A stretch of 32,551 nt of DNA, taken from Candidatus Nanohaloarchaea archaeon. Its GTDB lineage: Archaea; Nanohalarchaeota; Nanosalinia; Nanosalinales; Nanosalinaceae. The stretch lies in contig JBLGBN010000008.1 in assembly GCA_047617745.1 (NCBI GenBank), positions 1 to 32,551 on the forward strand, given 5' to 3'. The notes beneath the pieces are model-generated. The model ran no database searches and had not been told where the DNA came from. It saw nothing but the letters and a program-made list of their open reading frames with translations. Below, piece after piece: positions 9,625 through 18,001 of the stretch; the first letter of the stretch is position 1, and each line of letters begins with the position of its first letter. The position numbers were made by a program, and so were the translations under genes.

Positions 9625-10785
9625 ATGGTTGATCGAGAAGAGGCGCTGGAACTTCACTCCAAAAATCCGGGAAAAATTTCTGTAGAGCCTTCAGTGGAGA
9701 TAAACGGTATAGAGGATCTGAATCTGGTATATACCCCGGGGGTCGCGGAACCATGCAGAGAGATCGCAGAAGAAAAAGATAACGCATACAAATACACTTC
9801 GAAAGGAAACCTTGTCGCAGTCGTTTCCGATGGGAGCGCGGTACTTGGTCTAGGCGATATTGGACCGGAGGCCTCAATGCCGGTGATGGAGGGTAAAGCC
9901 AATCTGATGAAAAAATTTGGAGAAGTTGACGGATTCCCGATATGTGTAGATACTGACTCAGCTGAAGAAATAATTGAACATGTTAAGAGAGAAGCTCCGA
10001 CTTTCGGGGCGATTAATCTTGAGGATATCAAGGCGCCGAGATGTTTCAAAGTTGAGGAGGAGCTGAAAGATAGTCTGGATATCCCTGTTTTCCATGATGA
10101 CCAGCATGGTACTGCTATTGTTGTCGGTGCTGCCATCCAGAACGCTCTTGAACTTGTCGGGAAAGATCTTGGCGAGGTCAGAATCGCTATTTCAGGTGCT
10201 GGTGCATCAGGTATCGCTGTAGCTAACTTCCTGCTTGATGCAGGTGCGGAAAACATTGTACCAGTCGATTCCTCAGGCATCCTGAGAACAGGTGATGAAA
10301 ATAGATACAAGGCAGATCTGGCGGAGAGAACACTGGCTTCAGAGGAATCAGGTTCTCTTGAAGATGCTATGGAGGATGCTGACGTTTTCGTTGGCCTTTC
10401 CGCTCCCGGAATTGTTTCAAAGGAAATGGTTAATTCAATGGCGCAGAAACCGGTAGTATTCGCCTTGGCAAACCCGGAACCCGAGATACTACCTGGAGAA
10501 GCCAGAGAAGCTGGAGCTTTCATCACTGCGACAGGCCGCTCCGATTTCAACAACCAGGTTAACAATTCGCTGGCCTTCCCTGGGGTTTTCAGAGGAGCTC
10601 TGGACGTAAAGGCATCTGAAATCAACGAAGAGATGAAAATTGCTGCTTCAGAAGCTATTAGAGAATTTATTGAACCTGGTAGAGAGAAGATTGTTCCTCA
10701 GACGCTGGATAAGGAACTGGCGATGAGAATTGCCGATAGAGTCGCTGAAGCCGCAAGAAAAACAGGGGTGGCCCGAGAGCGGTGA
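9625..10785 (+). CDS. NAD(P)-dependent malic enzyme
   Basis: YTPGVA, DGSAVLGLGDIG, NLEDI, FHDDQHGT, GAGASG, ALANPEPEI, NQVNNSLAFPG. Confidence 0.93.
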   Translation: MVDREEALELHSKNPGKISVEPSVEINGIEDLNLVYTPGVAEPCREIAEEKDNAYKYTSKGNLVAVVSDGSAVLGLGDIGPEASMPVMEGKANLMKKFGEVDGFPICVDTDSAEEIIEHVKREAPTFGAINLEDIKAPRCFKVEEELKDSLDIPVFHDDQHGTAIVVGAAIQNALELVGKDLGEVRIAISGAGASGIAVANFLLDAGAENIVPVDSSGILRTGDENRYKADLAERTLASEESGSLEDAMEDADVFVGLSAPGIVSKEMVNSMAQKPVVFALANPEPEILPGEAREAGAFITATGRSDFNNQVNNSLAFPGVFRGALDVKASEINEEMKIAASEAIREFIEPGREKIVPQTLDKELAMRIADRVAEAARKTGVARER

Positions 10786-10826
10786 AAAACCGTTCCATTT
10801 TTAGTTTTTCCAGTTAAGTGTAAATT

Positions 10827-11723
10827 ATGGATTCCGAAGTCAAAGAGAAATATATTGAGGCAGGAAGGGTTGTCCAGAAAGCCCGGAAAAAGGCTCGAGA
10901 AGTCGCTGAACCCGGGACAAACTTGAGAGTAATAGCGGAAGATGTTGAGAAGCTAATCAGGGATGAGGGTCTGCAACCAGCTTTCCCTGTAAATGTTTCA
11001 ATAAACGAGCAGGCAGCTCATTATACACCTTCCCGGGATGAGGAAAGAGTTCTAAAGGCAGACGACGTCGTAAAGGTAGATATAGGCGCTCATTCGGACG
11101 GTTATATAGCTGACACTGCTTTAACTGTTAATCCTGCAGGCAACAATCAGGATATGGTCAACGAGGTTGAGAAAGTCCTGGAGAAAGCTATAGATTTTAT
11201 TGAACCCGGCAAGACAGTTGGAGAGTTCGGAAGATTTGTTGAATCAGAGGTTTCAGACGAATACCAGGTTGTAAGGAATCTTACAGGCCACTACTTGGGC
11301 AGATACACTCAGCACGCAGGTATTTCTGTACCATGCGTTGATAACGCCTCCTCTCATGAGTTCAAGGAAGGTGATGCAGTTGCTATTGAGCCTTTCATAA
11401 CTGATGGAGCCGGCAAGATCAAGAATGGAAAACCCGGCAATATCTACAAACTGGAAAAAGACAAGAATGTTAGAGGGCGGGTTGAAAGAAAGCTTCTCGG
11501 CCAGATCAAGAACTTTAACGGTCTTCCTTTCACAACGCGGTGGATCGATAATTACAACGGTAGAAAGAAGATGGCGATGAACAAACTGGTTCAGTCAGGT
11601 ATTGTCAATTCCTATGAGATCCTTAATGAGGAGAACAACGGGACTGTGGCGCAGGCGGAACATACTGTTCTTGTTGGGGCCGACGAAAACGGGGACAATA
11701 TAGTTACGACGAGGAAGGAATAG
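10827..11723 (+). CDS. map: Methionine aminopeptidase type II
   Basis: AAHYTP, KVDIGAHSDGYIADTA, NLTGH, AIEPF, AQAEHT. Confidence 0.95.
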   Translation: MDSEVKEKYIEAGRVVQKARKKAREVAEPGTNLRVIAEDVEKLIRDEGLQPAFPVNVSINEQAAHYTPSRDEERVLKADDVVKVDIGAHSDGYIADTALTVNPAGNNQDMVNEVEKVLEKAIDFIEPGKTVGEFGRFVESEVSDEYQVVRNLTGHYLGRYTQHAGISVPCVDNASSHEFKEGDAVAIEPFITDGAGKIKNGKPGNIYKLEKDKNVRGRVERKLLGQIKNFNGLPFTTRWIDNYNGRKKMAMNKLVQSGIVNSYEILNEENNGTVAQAEHTVLVGADENGDNIVTTRKE

Positions 11724-12231
11724 AACAGATCTCTGGGTTTCCGATGTCGGCTATGAAGTAGGATAGTAAAGCCATTCCAGCTATTTTTACCAGTGTTCCC
11801 TGGAAAGGCAGAACAGTTATTATACCGGTAAGGCCGATCAAACTTAGTAGACCGATTCCACATCCAGCACATCCTGCTATCAGAAATCCGGGTGCGATTC
11901 CGGAGAGATTTCTTTTTTTGATACCTGTGTTTTTGAACTGGGTGTAGGTGTTGGTGAGTATTACACCGATTAAAACCGAATAAGACAGGTTGAGGACAAC
12001 TTCTATCCATCCTCCGTTCAGGTAGAGACCTCTGACTGTGAATAAAACCGCTGGCACCCAGTACTCTATACCTGCCAGAAACATCTGTGAAGAGTAACCT
12101 ATGCTTGTTGAGAGAGCTATCAGTATAAAGAAAATGAGTGAGATGAATACGGTTGAAAACGCTTTCTTTCTCGAGCTGAAAGCCGATTCAAGTCCTTTCT
12201 TCAGTCCTTCCCTGAAATCTTCTGTATTCAT
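11704..12231 (-). CDS. Membrane protein with CxxC (GCAGCG), probable redox partner of the upstream DsbA
   Basis: Four hydrophobic segments, GCAGCGIG motif and a C-terminal Cys; ATG 12231 lies 4 nt after the dsbA stop. Confidence 0.7.
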   Translation of the reverse strand: MNTEDFREGLKKGLESAFSSRKKAFSTVFISLIFFILIALSTSIGYSSQMFLAGIEYWVPAVLFTVRGLYLNGGWIEVVLNLSYSVLIGVILTNTYTQFKNTGIKKRNLSGIAPGFLIAGCAGCGIGLLSLIGLTGIITVLPFQGTLVKIAGMALLSYFIADIGNPEICSIPSSS

Positions 12232-12235
12232 CTTT

Positions 12236-13213
12236 TTACTGCAGAGCTTCTTCGATTGTCGATTCAAACCTTGAGTACGGCTGGGCGCCTTCAATCATCT
12301 GATCGTTGATGAAGATTGTCGGTGTAGCTTTTGCTCCAATTGTCTGCGCCTGGCTTTTATCGTTCTGAACCTCATCCATTTCTTCTTCGTTGTTGTAGCA
12401 CTGCTTGAACTGTTCTGTGTCAAGACCTGTCTGTTCTGCCCACTTGTACATTGATTCATCGAAGTTTCCGCTTCTATGGGCGTTTCCAAGCGCTTCCTGA
12501 TTGTCGAAGAATCCCTGCTTGAAGGTCCAGAAAGTTTCTGAGTCCTGATTCAGCGCGCATTCAGATGCAAGTGCTGCTGGTTCTGCCCATGGATGTAGCT
12601 GTGGAAGAGGAAGGTTTTTGTAGAAGTACTGGACTTCCCCTTTCTGAACATAGTTTTCAACTATCTGCGGGTAAGCGTTTTCGTTGTAGCTCTTGCAGAA
12701 AGGACATTCGAAGTCCTCAAATGAAACTGCTGTAACTTCTGCACCCTGTGATCCGATGTATGGTTCGCCTTCAAGATCGAAAGTTACGTTTCCGGCTGTT
12801 CTCTCTCCGTTTCCAACACCGGCCTCAAGATCGCCGTATGGATATTCGGTGTTCTGGAGGGAGACTACACTGCCTGTTCCACCAGTATCTGTATTGCCGG
12901 TGTCCTCGTTGTTCTGATTGTTTGTGGTTCCAGGGCTGTCAACCTGATCCCCAGCCTCCAGGTTCATAGACTGGGATGTAAGACCGGTCATCCCTGCACC
13001 AACCGCGAAACCTCCTGCAATTATTCCGGTTGTCAGTCCGAGTGCGAACATCAAGGTTCCAAACTGCCATACGGTTAGGGCTACAGTCGGTTCTTCTCCG
13101 TCTTTATTCATTTCTTCTTCCTCATTATGTGATTGGCTTTCGTGTACATGAAGACCTCTTTCGGAATCAAAACCTTTTCCGCATCTCTCGCACTCAAATT
13201 TCTCGTCGGACAT
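12236..13213 (-). CDS. Membrane-anchored DsbA-family thioredoxin-fold protein with N-terminal C2H2 zinc finger
   Basis: CERC-x12-HESQSH, one TM helix, FEDFECPFC active site, ATPT cis-Pro loop, GAQPY. Confidence 0.88.
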   Translation of the reverse strand: MSDEKFECERCGKGFDSERGLHVHESQSHNEEEEMNKDGEEPTVALTVWQFGTLMFALGLTTGIIAGGFAVGAGMTGLTSQSMNLEAGDQVDSPGTTNNQNNEDTGNTDTGGTGSVVSLQNTEYPYGDLEAGVGNGERTAGNVTFDLEGEPYIGSQGAEVTAVSFEDFECPFCKSYNENAYPQIVENYVQKGEVQYFYKNLPLPQLHPWAEPAALASECALNQDSETFWTFKQGFFDNQEALGNAHRSGNFDESMYKWAEQTGLDTEQFKQCYNNEEEMDEVQNDKSQAQTIGAKATPTIFINDQMIEGAQPYSRFESTIEEALQ

Positions 13214-13264
13214 AGGAAAATGATTTTCTTACTTCGTTAATAATATACCGGGTGGTGAAAACTG

Positions 13265-13296
13265 AAAATAAAAAGAGGAAATTAAATAGAGAAGGT
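13265..13296 (-). terminator. Pyrimidine/T-rich archaeal terminator after cdc48
   Basis: Minus-strand TTTCCTCTTTTTATTTT shortly after the stop. Confidence 0.45.
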
Positions 13297-13307
13297 AGAC
13301 CGGGTTT

Positions 13308-15596
13308 TTAAGCGTAGTAGTCCGGTTGATCCTCTGTTTTCTCTACCTTGTCCATTTTCTGCATCATCTGCTTGTAATGCTCTATGTTCTCGTCGGTTGC
13401 TGTCGGTTTTGTCTCCTCCATAGCTTCCTCAAAGTGTTCCAGGGTAACTTCCTCAGCCTCAGTGTCCTTCCTGAGCGCGATCATAGCGGCCTCTCTACAT
13501 AAAGATTCGATGTCGCTGCCGACGTAACCTTCAAGCTTTTCGGCCAGATCCTCTATATCAATGTCGTCGGAAAGAGGCATGTCTCTTGTATGGACTTCAA
13601 GGATCTTCTCCCGTGCTTCCTGATCCGGAATCTCTACTTCTATATCCCTGTCAATTCTTCCGGGTCTAAGCAGCGCCGGATCTATGAGGTCAGGTCTGTT
13701 TGTTGCTGCGATTACTGTTACGCCTTCAAGCGATTCGATTCCATCCAGCTCTGTGAGGAGCTGGTTGACGACCCTGTCTCCAACGCCCGAGTCAGTTCTG
13801 GATCCTCTTCTCGTCGCAATCGAGTCGATCTCGTCGATGAACAGGATACATGGTGCGACCTGTCGTGCCTTCTGGAATACTTCTCTGATCGCCTCTTCTG
13901 ATTCTCCGACGTACTTGGAGAATATTTCAGGTCCCTTGATTGAGATGAAGTTGGCGTTGGCCTCGTTTGCTACGGCTTTTGCGAGTAGAGTCTTACCGGT
14001 TCCTGGTAGTCCGTAGAGTAGGATGCCTTTTGGAACCTCTATCCCCATTTTATCGAATCTTTCAGGGTAGAGCTGAGGCCATTCAACCATCTCTCTGAGC
14101 TGTTCCTTGGTGTCTTCCAGACCTCCGACGTCTTCCCAGGATACCTGTGGTACTTCTACAGTCACCTCTCTCATTGCGGATGGCTGAACCTTTCTTATTC
14201 CTTCCATCATCGCGTCTCGGTCAACCACTAGCTGGTCCATTACGTCGCTTGGGATCTCCTCGTCCAGATCAATTTCGGGTAAGACGTTTCTCAGGACGCT
14301 CATCGCTGCTTCCTTACACAGCGCGTTGATGTCGGCTCCAACATATCCATGGGTTTTCTCTGCTAACTCTTCAAGGTCGACATCGTCGGTCAGAGGCATG
14401 TTTCTGGTGTGTATCTGCATGATCTCCTTTCTGCCTTCTCTGTTTGGAACTCCGATTTCGATCTCTCTGTCGAATCTTCCTCCTCTTCGGAGAGCTTCGT
14501 CTACAGCGTCGACACGGTTTGTTGCAGCTATAACTATGACGTTTTCTCTTTCTTCAAGCCCATCCATGAGTGAAAGTAGCTGTGCAACGACTCTTCTCTC
14601 TACTTCTCCGCCTACTTCGCTTCTCTTGGATGCGATGGCGTCGATTTCGTCGATAAAGATGATTGCTGGAGAGTTTTCCTGAGCTTCCTCGAACTTCTCT
14701 CTAAGCTGTTTCTCTGACTCTCCGTAGTATTTTGACATGATTTCCGGGCCGTTGATCGACATGAATGTTGCGTCGGCTTCGTTTGCTACGGCTTTTGCGA
14801 GTAGAGTCTTACCGGTTCCTGGTGGTCCGTGGAGTAGTACTCCTGAAGGTGCGTCGATTCCTAGTTGCTGGAACACTTCTGGATGTTTTAGAGGTAGTTC
14901 TATCATTTCTCGGACCTGCTGGATTTCGCTTTCCAGACCTCCGATGTCTTCATAGGTTACTTCGGGCACTCTGACTTCCTGCTGTTCTGTGTCGTCGACT
15001 GCCTGCTGTTTGACCTCTATCTCGGTGTTTTCGGTTATTTTTACCGGTCCTTCCGGTTTTGTGTTGACTACCGCAAGCTTTGTGTCCTGGCCGAATGAGA
15101 ACCTGAATCTGTCAGCCTCCATGTCGAATACGTCGTCGAAGAATGATTTCTTCCGGTTTTCTGAGTCTCCAGGTACTACTATGTCGCCTTTAACTACTGC
15201 TCTTCCTCTTAGTGCTCTCTGGAAGATGTTGGGGTTGGATACTTGGATCATAACTCCTTCTTCTGCTGGAGCTAGCGTTATTTTTTCGGCTTCTTTCAGT
15301 TCTGCTTTCCTGACGTTTACTTTCTGGCCTAATGAGGTGCCTGCGTTTTTCCTCATGTAGCCGTCCATTCTTACGATCCCGAGTCCTTTGTCTTTGGGGT
15401 AGGATCTTGCAACTCTTCCTACAGTCTTTCTCCCGTCCTCGATTTCTACTGCTTCGCCTTCCGCTACGCCGAGCTCCTCCATTACTTTGGAGTCTATGCG
15501 GACTATCCCTTTTCCTATGTCCTGCTGGGCGTTTGGAGGTACTTCTCCTACTCGGAGCTTTACACTTTCATCTTTGTTTCCGTTGTCGTTTGTCAT
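13308..15596 (-). CDS. cdc48: Cdc48/VAT AAA+ ATPase
   Basis: N domain, two AAA modules ([13 protein letters not shown] and [13 protein letters not shown]), C-terminal YYA HbYX-type tail; SD AAGGTGA. Confidence 0.97.
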   Translation of the reverse strand: MTNDNGNKDESVKLRVGEVPPNAQQDIGKGIVRIDSKVMEELGVAEGEAVEIEDGRKTVGRVARSYPKDKGLGIVRMDGYMRKNAGTSLGQKVNVRKAELKEAEKITLAPAEEGVMIQVSNPNIFQRALRGRAVVKGDIVVPGDSENRKKSFFDDVFDMEADRFRFSFGQDTKLAVVNTKPEGPVKITENTEIEVKQQAVDDTEQQEVRVPEVTYEDIGGLESEIQQVREMIELPLKHPEVFQQLGIDAPSGVLLHGPPGTGKTLLAKAVANEADATFMSINGPEIMSKYYGESEKQLREKFEEAQENSPAIIFIDEIDAIASKRSEVGGEVERRVVAQLLSLMDGLEERENVIVIAATNRVDAVDEALRRGGRFDREIEIGVPNREGRKEIMQIHTRNMPLTDDVDLEELAEKTHGYVGADINALCKEAAMSVLRNVLPEIDLDEEIPSDVMDQLVVDRDAMMEGIRKVQPSAMREVTVEVPQVSWEDVGGLEDTKEQLREMVEWPQLYPERFDKMGIEVPKGILLYGLPGTGKTLLAKAVANEANANFISIKGPEIFSKYVGESEEAIREVFQKARQVAPCILFIDEIDSIATRRGSRTDSGVGDRVVNQLLTELDGIESLEGVTVIAATNRPDLIDPALLRPGRIDRDIEVEIPDQEAREKILEVHTRDMPLSDDIDIEDLAEKLEGYVGSDIESLCREAAMIALRKDTEAEEVTLEHFEEAMEETKPTATDENIEHYKQMMQKMDKVEKTEDQPDYYA
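13963..14007. repeat. 45-nt exact direct repeat, copy in cdc48 D2 Walker A
   Basis: TCGTTTGCTACGGCTTTTGCGAGTAGAGTCTTACCGGTTCCTGGT, identical to 14779-14823. Confidence 0.95.
14779..14823. repeat. 45-nt exact direct repeat, copy in cdc48 D1 Walker A
   Basis: Identical to 13963-14007. Confidence 0.95.
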
Positions 15597-15614
15597 TATA
15601 GTATCACCTTTTTC

Positions 15615-15968
15615 TTATCCTGAAATTTTTTCGTCTTCATTATCGTCTTTTATCTGTTCGATTATGTTTTTGTCCTCGATTAAGACCTTGAATATGTGGT
15701 GGGAAACCTTTTCGCCCCACTCGAGGAAATAGTTCTCGACCTTCTGTACTCTGTTGTTTGCTATTATGAATACGGAATCGTCGATCCGGGCGTTAGGTAT
15801 TTTGTCCATCAGTCCGTCTTTCTCGTACTCGTATTTCTTCCCGTTTTTCTTGACTGTCTGTTTGTATCCGAAGAGCCCTCTGTAGAACTTGTTTCGTTCG
15901 TAGACTGACTCGAACTTGTCTCTATGGGTGTTGTACGTCAGTAATGAGGCATCCTCTTTTCCGGACAT
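15615..15968 (-). CDS. Hypothetical 117-aa protein, possible Cas2/VapD-like ferredoxin fold
   Basis: Start moved to ATG 15968 (MSGKED...) to avoid overlap with radB; pattern LLTYNT...RNKFYRGL...DDSVFII. Confidence 0.7.
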   Translation of the reverse strand: MSGKEDASLLTYNTHRDKFESVYERNKFYRGLFGYKQTVKKNGKKYEYEKDGLMDKIPNARIDDSVFIIANNRVQKVENYFLEWGEKVSHHIFKVLIEDKNIIEQIKDDNEDEKISG

Positions 15969-16074
15969 AGTAGAACGATATCTGTTTACCTTTAAACCTT
16001 TTTTGTTGACGTGAGTAAAAAATTTCTGTGTTCTGATTCCTATAAGATAAAAGATTTGGAAGCAAGGATTCAGT

Positions 16075-16764
16075 GTGGAAGTTAAAAGGGTATCAACGGG
16101 GAGCAAGCCTATCGACTCTTTCCTGAAAGGGGGGCTTGAGACAGGTATAATAACCAATGTATTTGGAGAATCAGGGTCTGGCAAGACCAATTTCTGCGTT
16201 CAGGCGGCAGCTCATATAGCCGAGAAGGGGAAAAAAGTGGTGTATATTGATACTGAGAAGGGTTTCTCGCCCGAGCGTTTCAAACAGATAGCTTCAGAGG
16301 AAGCACTTGAGAATATTGTACTGAACGAGCCGGTTGATTTTGAACAGCAGGAGGAAGCGATAAACTCTCTCGACGAGATAGTTGAGGAGCATGATCCCGG
16401 TATTGTTATCGTGGATTCGATGGTGTCGCTTTATCGTTTGAAGGCGAAAGGAGATCAGGTGCAGGAGGTAAACCAGCGGCTTTCACAGCAGCTTTCACAG
16501 CTCTCCAAGATCGCGAGAAAACAGGATATCCCGGTTCTTGTCACCAATCAGGTATACAGTAGTTTTGACGAGGACAGCATAGAGCTGGTCGGGAGAGACG
16601 TGCCACGTTACTGGTCCAAGTGTCTCCTCAAACTTTCAACTATGGATCAGGCAGTTAGAAAGATCGAGATCGAGAAGCATCGGTCGATGCCGGAAGGAAA
16701 ATCGGCACAGTTCAAGATAACAAATGACGGGCTTGAATCTGTCAAGAATAAAGGGCTGTTCTGA
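16075..16764 (+). CDS. radB: DNA repair protein RadB
   Basis: RecA core without N-terminal domain; GESGSGKT, YIDTE, VDSM, TNQV and the RadB-type KHR motif. Confidence 0.92.
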   Translation: MEVKRVSTGSKPIDSFLKGGLETGIITNVFGESGSGKTNFCVQAAAHIAEKGKKVVYIDTEKGFSPERFKQIASEEALENIVLNEPVDFEQQEEAINSLDEIVEEHDPGIVIVDSMVSLYRLKAKGDQVQEVNQRLSQQLSQLSKIARKQDIPVLVTNQVYSSFDEDSIELVGRDVPRYWSKCLLKLSTMDQAVRKIEIEKHRSMPEGKSAQFKITNDGLESVKNKGLF

Positions 16765-16780
16765 GCCAACCAGCGAATTA

Positions 16781-17095
16781 TTTATAAATCTTTGATTTAT
16801 AGTGAGGGTTATGGAGCCATCAACTAAAGGTGGACGCGTTCTGCACTGGTAAGTTCAATCGAGCTCCAGCTATATTCTCAGATTTCTCAATAGTTTCATT
16901 CGATTCTATCGACTCTATTAGCATTATCGTGCTGATCCTGCTACTGGCACTGCTGCTGTAAAAAGCGCAGTGTTCGCTTCTCGTTTCTCAATTTCGAGGT
17001 GAACACAACTCTATGAAAACTACAACAAACAACACCAATGCATACGCAAACTCAAAACCTGTAACAGCTGCAGAAATGGAGGTGAAAAACTAGTG
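16781..17095 (+). other. Small-ORF leader cassette, copy 1
   Basis: TTTATAAA 16781; ORFa 16811-16852 MEPSTKGGRVLHW; +1-frame ORFb 16830-16961 (43 aa); hairpin 16946-16974; SD GAGGTGA; ORFc 17013-17093 (26 aa) overlapping the next start. Homologous to 28744-29037. Confidence 0.7.
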
Positions 17096-17674
17096 GACCC
17101 GATTGATGGGAAAGGATTTGCCGGAGTTACAGATGAGGGCGGCGTTAGGCCGTCAGGTAACAGAGATTACTTCATCGGTACAGAAACCGGCCATGAAGAG
17201 GTAAGTCAGGTTTTCCAGGATTCAAAGTACTTTGAGGAATCTGAGGGATCAGGGGTAAAGTACTCTGCTCCGGGCATAGATGTAGACGTTACCGGTAAAG
17301 GGATAGAGTACGATGTCGATAAGCAGGCTGATGACGGAGCCGTAACCGAGTTCGTTCACGGAATAGTAAGATCCTTTGACGACGTTGAGGAAGAGTTCTT
17401 CTCTGAAGTGGAACAGGCAGTATACAACTCCACCAGAGAAATAATAGCTGACGGCGGAACCCTTGAAGATGTAGACCATAGCAGTCCTTACGAATCGGAG
17501 GTAGAACCTGAAGGTTCTCAGGAATCAATGGAACGCGGGATCGGATATCAGGACGAACACGAGAAGATCGCCGACGGTGGCGAGGAAATAATGGGCATCC
17601 CGCTCGCCGGCTTCCCGTCCAACGTAGAGAGGACGAAGAAGAAAGACTCAGACAACTACATGGGGTCTTTCTAG
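17093..17674 (+). CDS. Hypothetical acidic protein with two IADGG motifs
   Basis: 193-aa ORF, GGAGGTGA SD 7 nt before GTG, acidic composition like the other genes. Confidence 0.8.
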   Translation: MDPIDGKGFAGVTDEGGVRPSGNRDYFIGTETGHEEVSQVFQDSKYFEESEGSGVKYSAPGIDVDVTGKGIEYDVDKQADDGAVTEFVHGIVRSFDDVEEEFFSEVEQAVYNSTREIIADGGTLEDVDHSSPYESEVEPEGSQESMERGIGYQDEHEKIADGGEEIMGIPLAGFPSNVERTKKKDSDNYMGSF

Positions 17675-17696
17675 CCCTTTCCCCCTCTTTTTTCTC
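17675..17696 (+). terminator. Pyrimidine/T-tract terminator
   Basis: CCCTTTCCCCCTCTTTTTTCTC immediately after the stop. Confidence 0.55.
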
Positions 17697-17731
17697 AATT
17701 TATTAAACAGTCAGTGAGTATAACCGTTAAC

Positions 17732-18001
17732 ATGGACCTAGAGGACTACCGGAAGGAAATTGACAGGGTTAACACCGAGATCGCCGATGCAGTTTCCCGC
17801 AGAATGAATATAGTTGAGGAGATCGGTGAGTACAAGAAAGAAAAAGGAATGGAAATCAAAGATGAAGGAAGAGAGGAGAAGGTGAAACAGCAGTTTGAGA
17901 AACTGTTTGAAAGAGAAGATCTTCCAAAGGAGAAGGGTCGTGAAATGGCAGAGCTTCTGATCGAAATGGCGCTGGAAGAGGAAAAGGGTGGTGAAAACTG
18001 A
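17732..18001 (+). CDS. Chorismate mutase (AroQ type)
   Basis: LEDYRKEIDRVNTEI...RRMNIVEEIGEYKKEKG..IKDEGRE; TATA-like TTTATTAA about 26 nt upstream of ATG 17732. Confidence 0.88.
   Translation: MDLEDYRKEIDRVNTEIADAVSRRMNIVEEIGEYKKEKGMEIKDEGREEKVKQQFEKLFEREDLPKEKGREMAELLIEMALEEEKGGEN

Noticed and set aside
9654..10625. 323-aa minus-strand ORF
   Set aside because: Antisense shadow of malic enzyme; no motifs and non-acidic composition.
13959..14837. cdc48 repeat as a diversity-generating retroelement TR/VR pair
   Set aside because: No reverse transcriptase in the window, only three mismatches, and both copies encode constrained Walker A motifs.
15969..16190. N-terminal extension of the 15615-16190 ORF
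   Set aside because: Overlaps radB antisense and the AT-rich divergent promoter; ATG 15968 is more plausible.
16817..16833. CCAUC-AACUAAA-GGUGG mini-hairpin as the reason for motif conservation
   Set aside because: Copy 2 introduces a G-G mismatch without compensation.
16781..17732. Cassette 1 as an attenuator of the Phe/Tyr operon
   Set aside because: A T-tract terminator and a separate TATA box lie before chorismate mutase, and ORFa has no Phe/Tyr codons.
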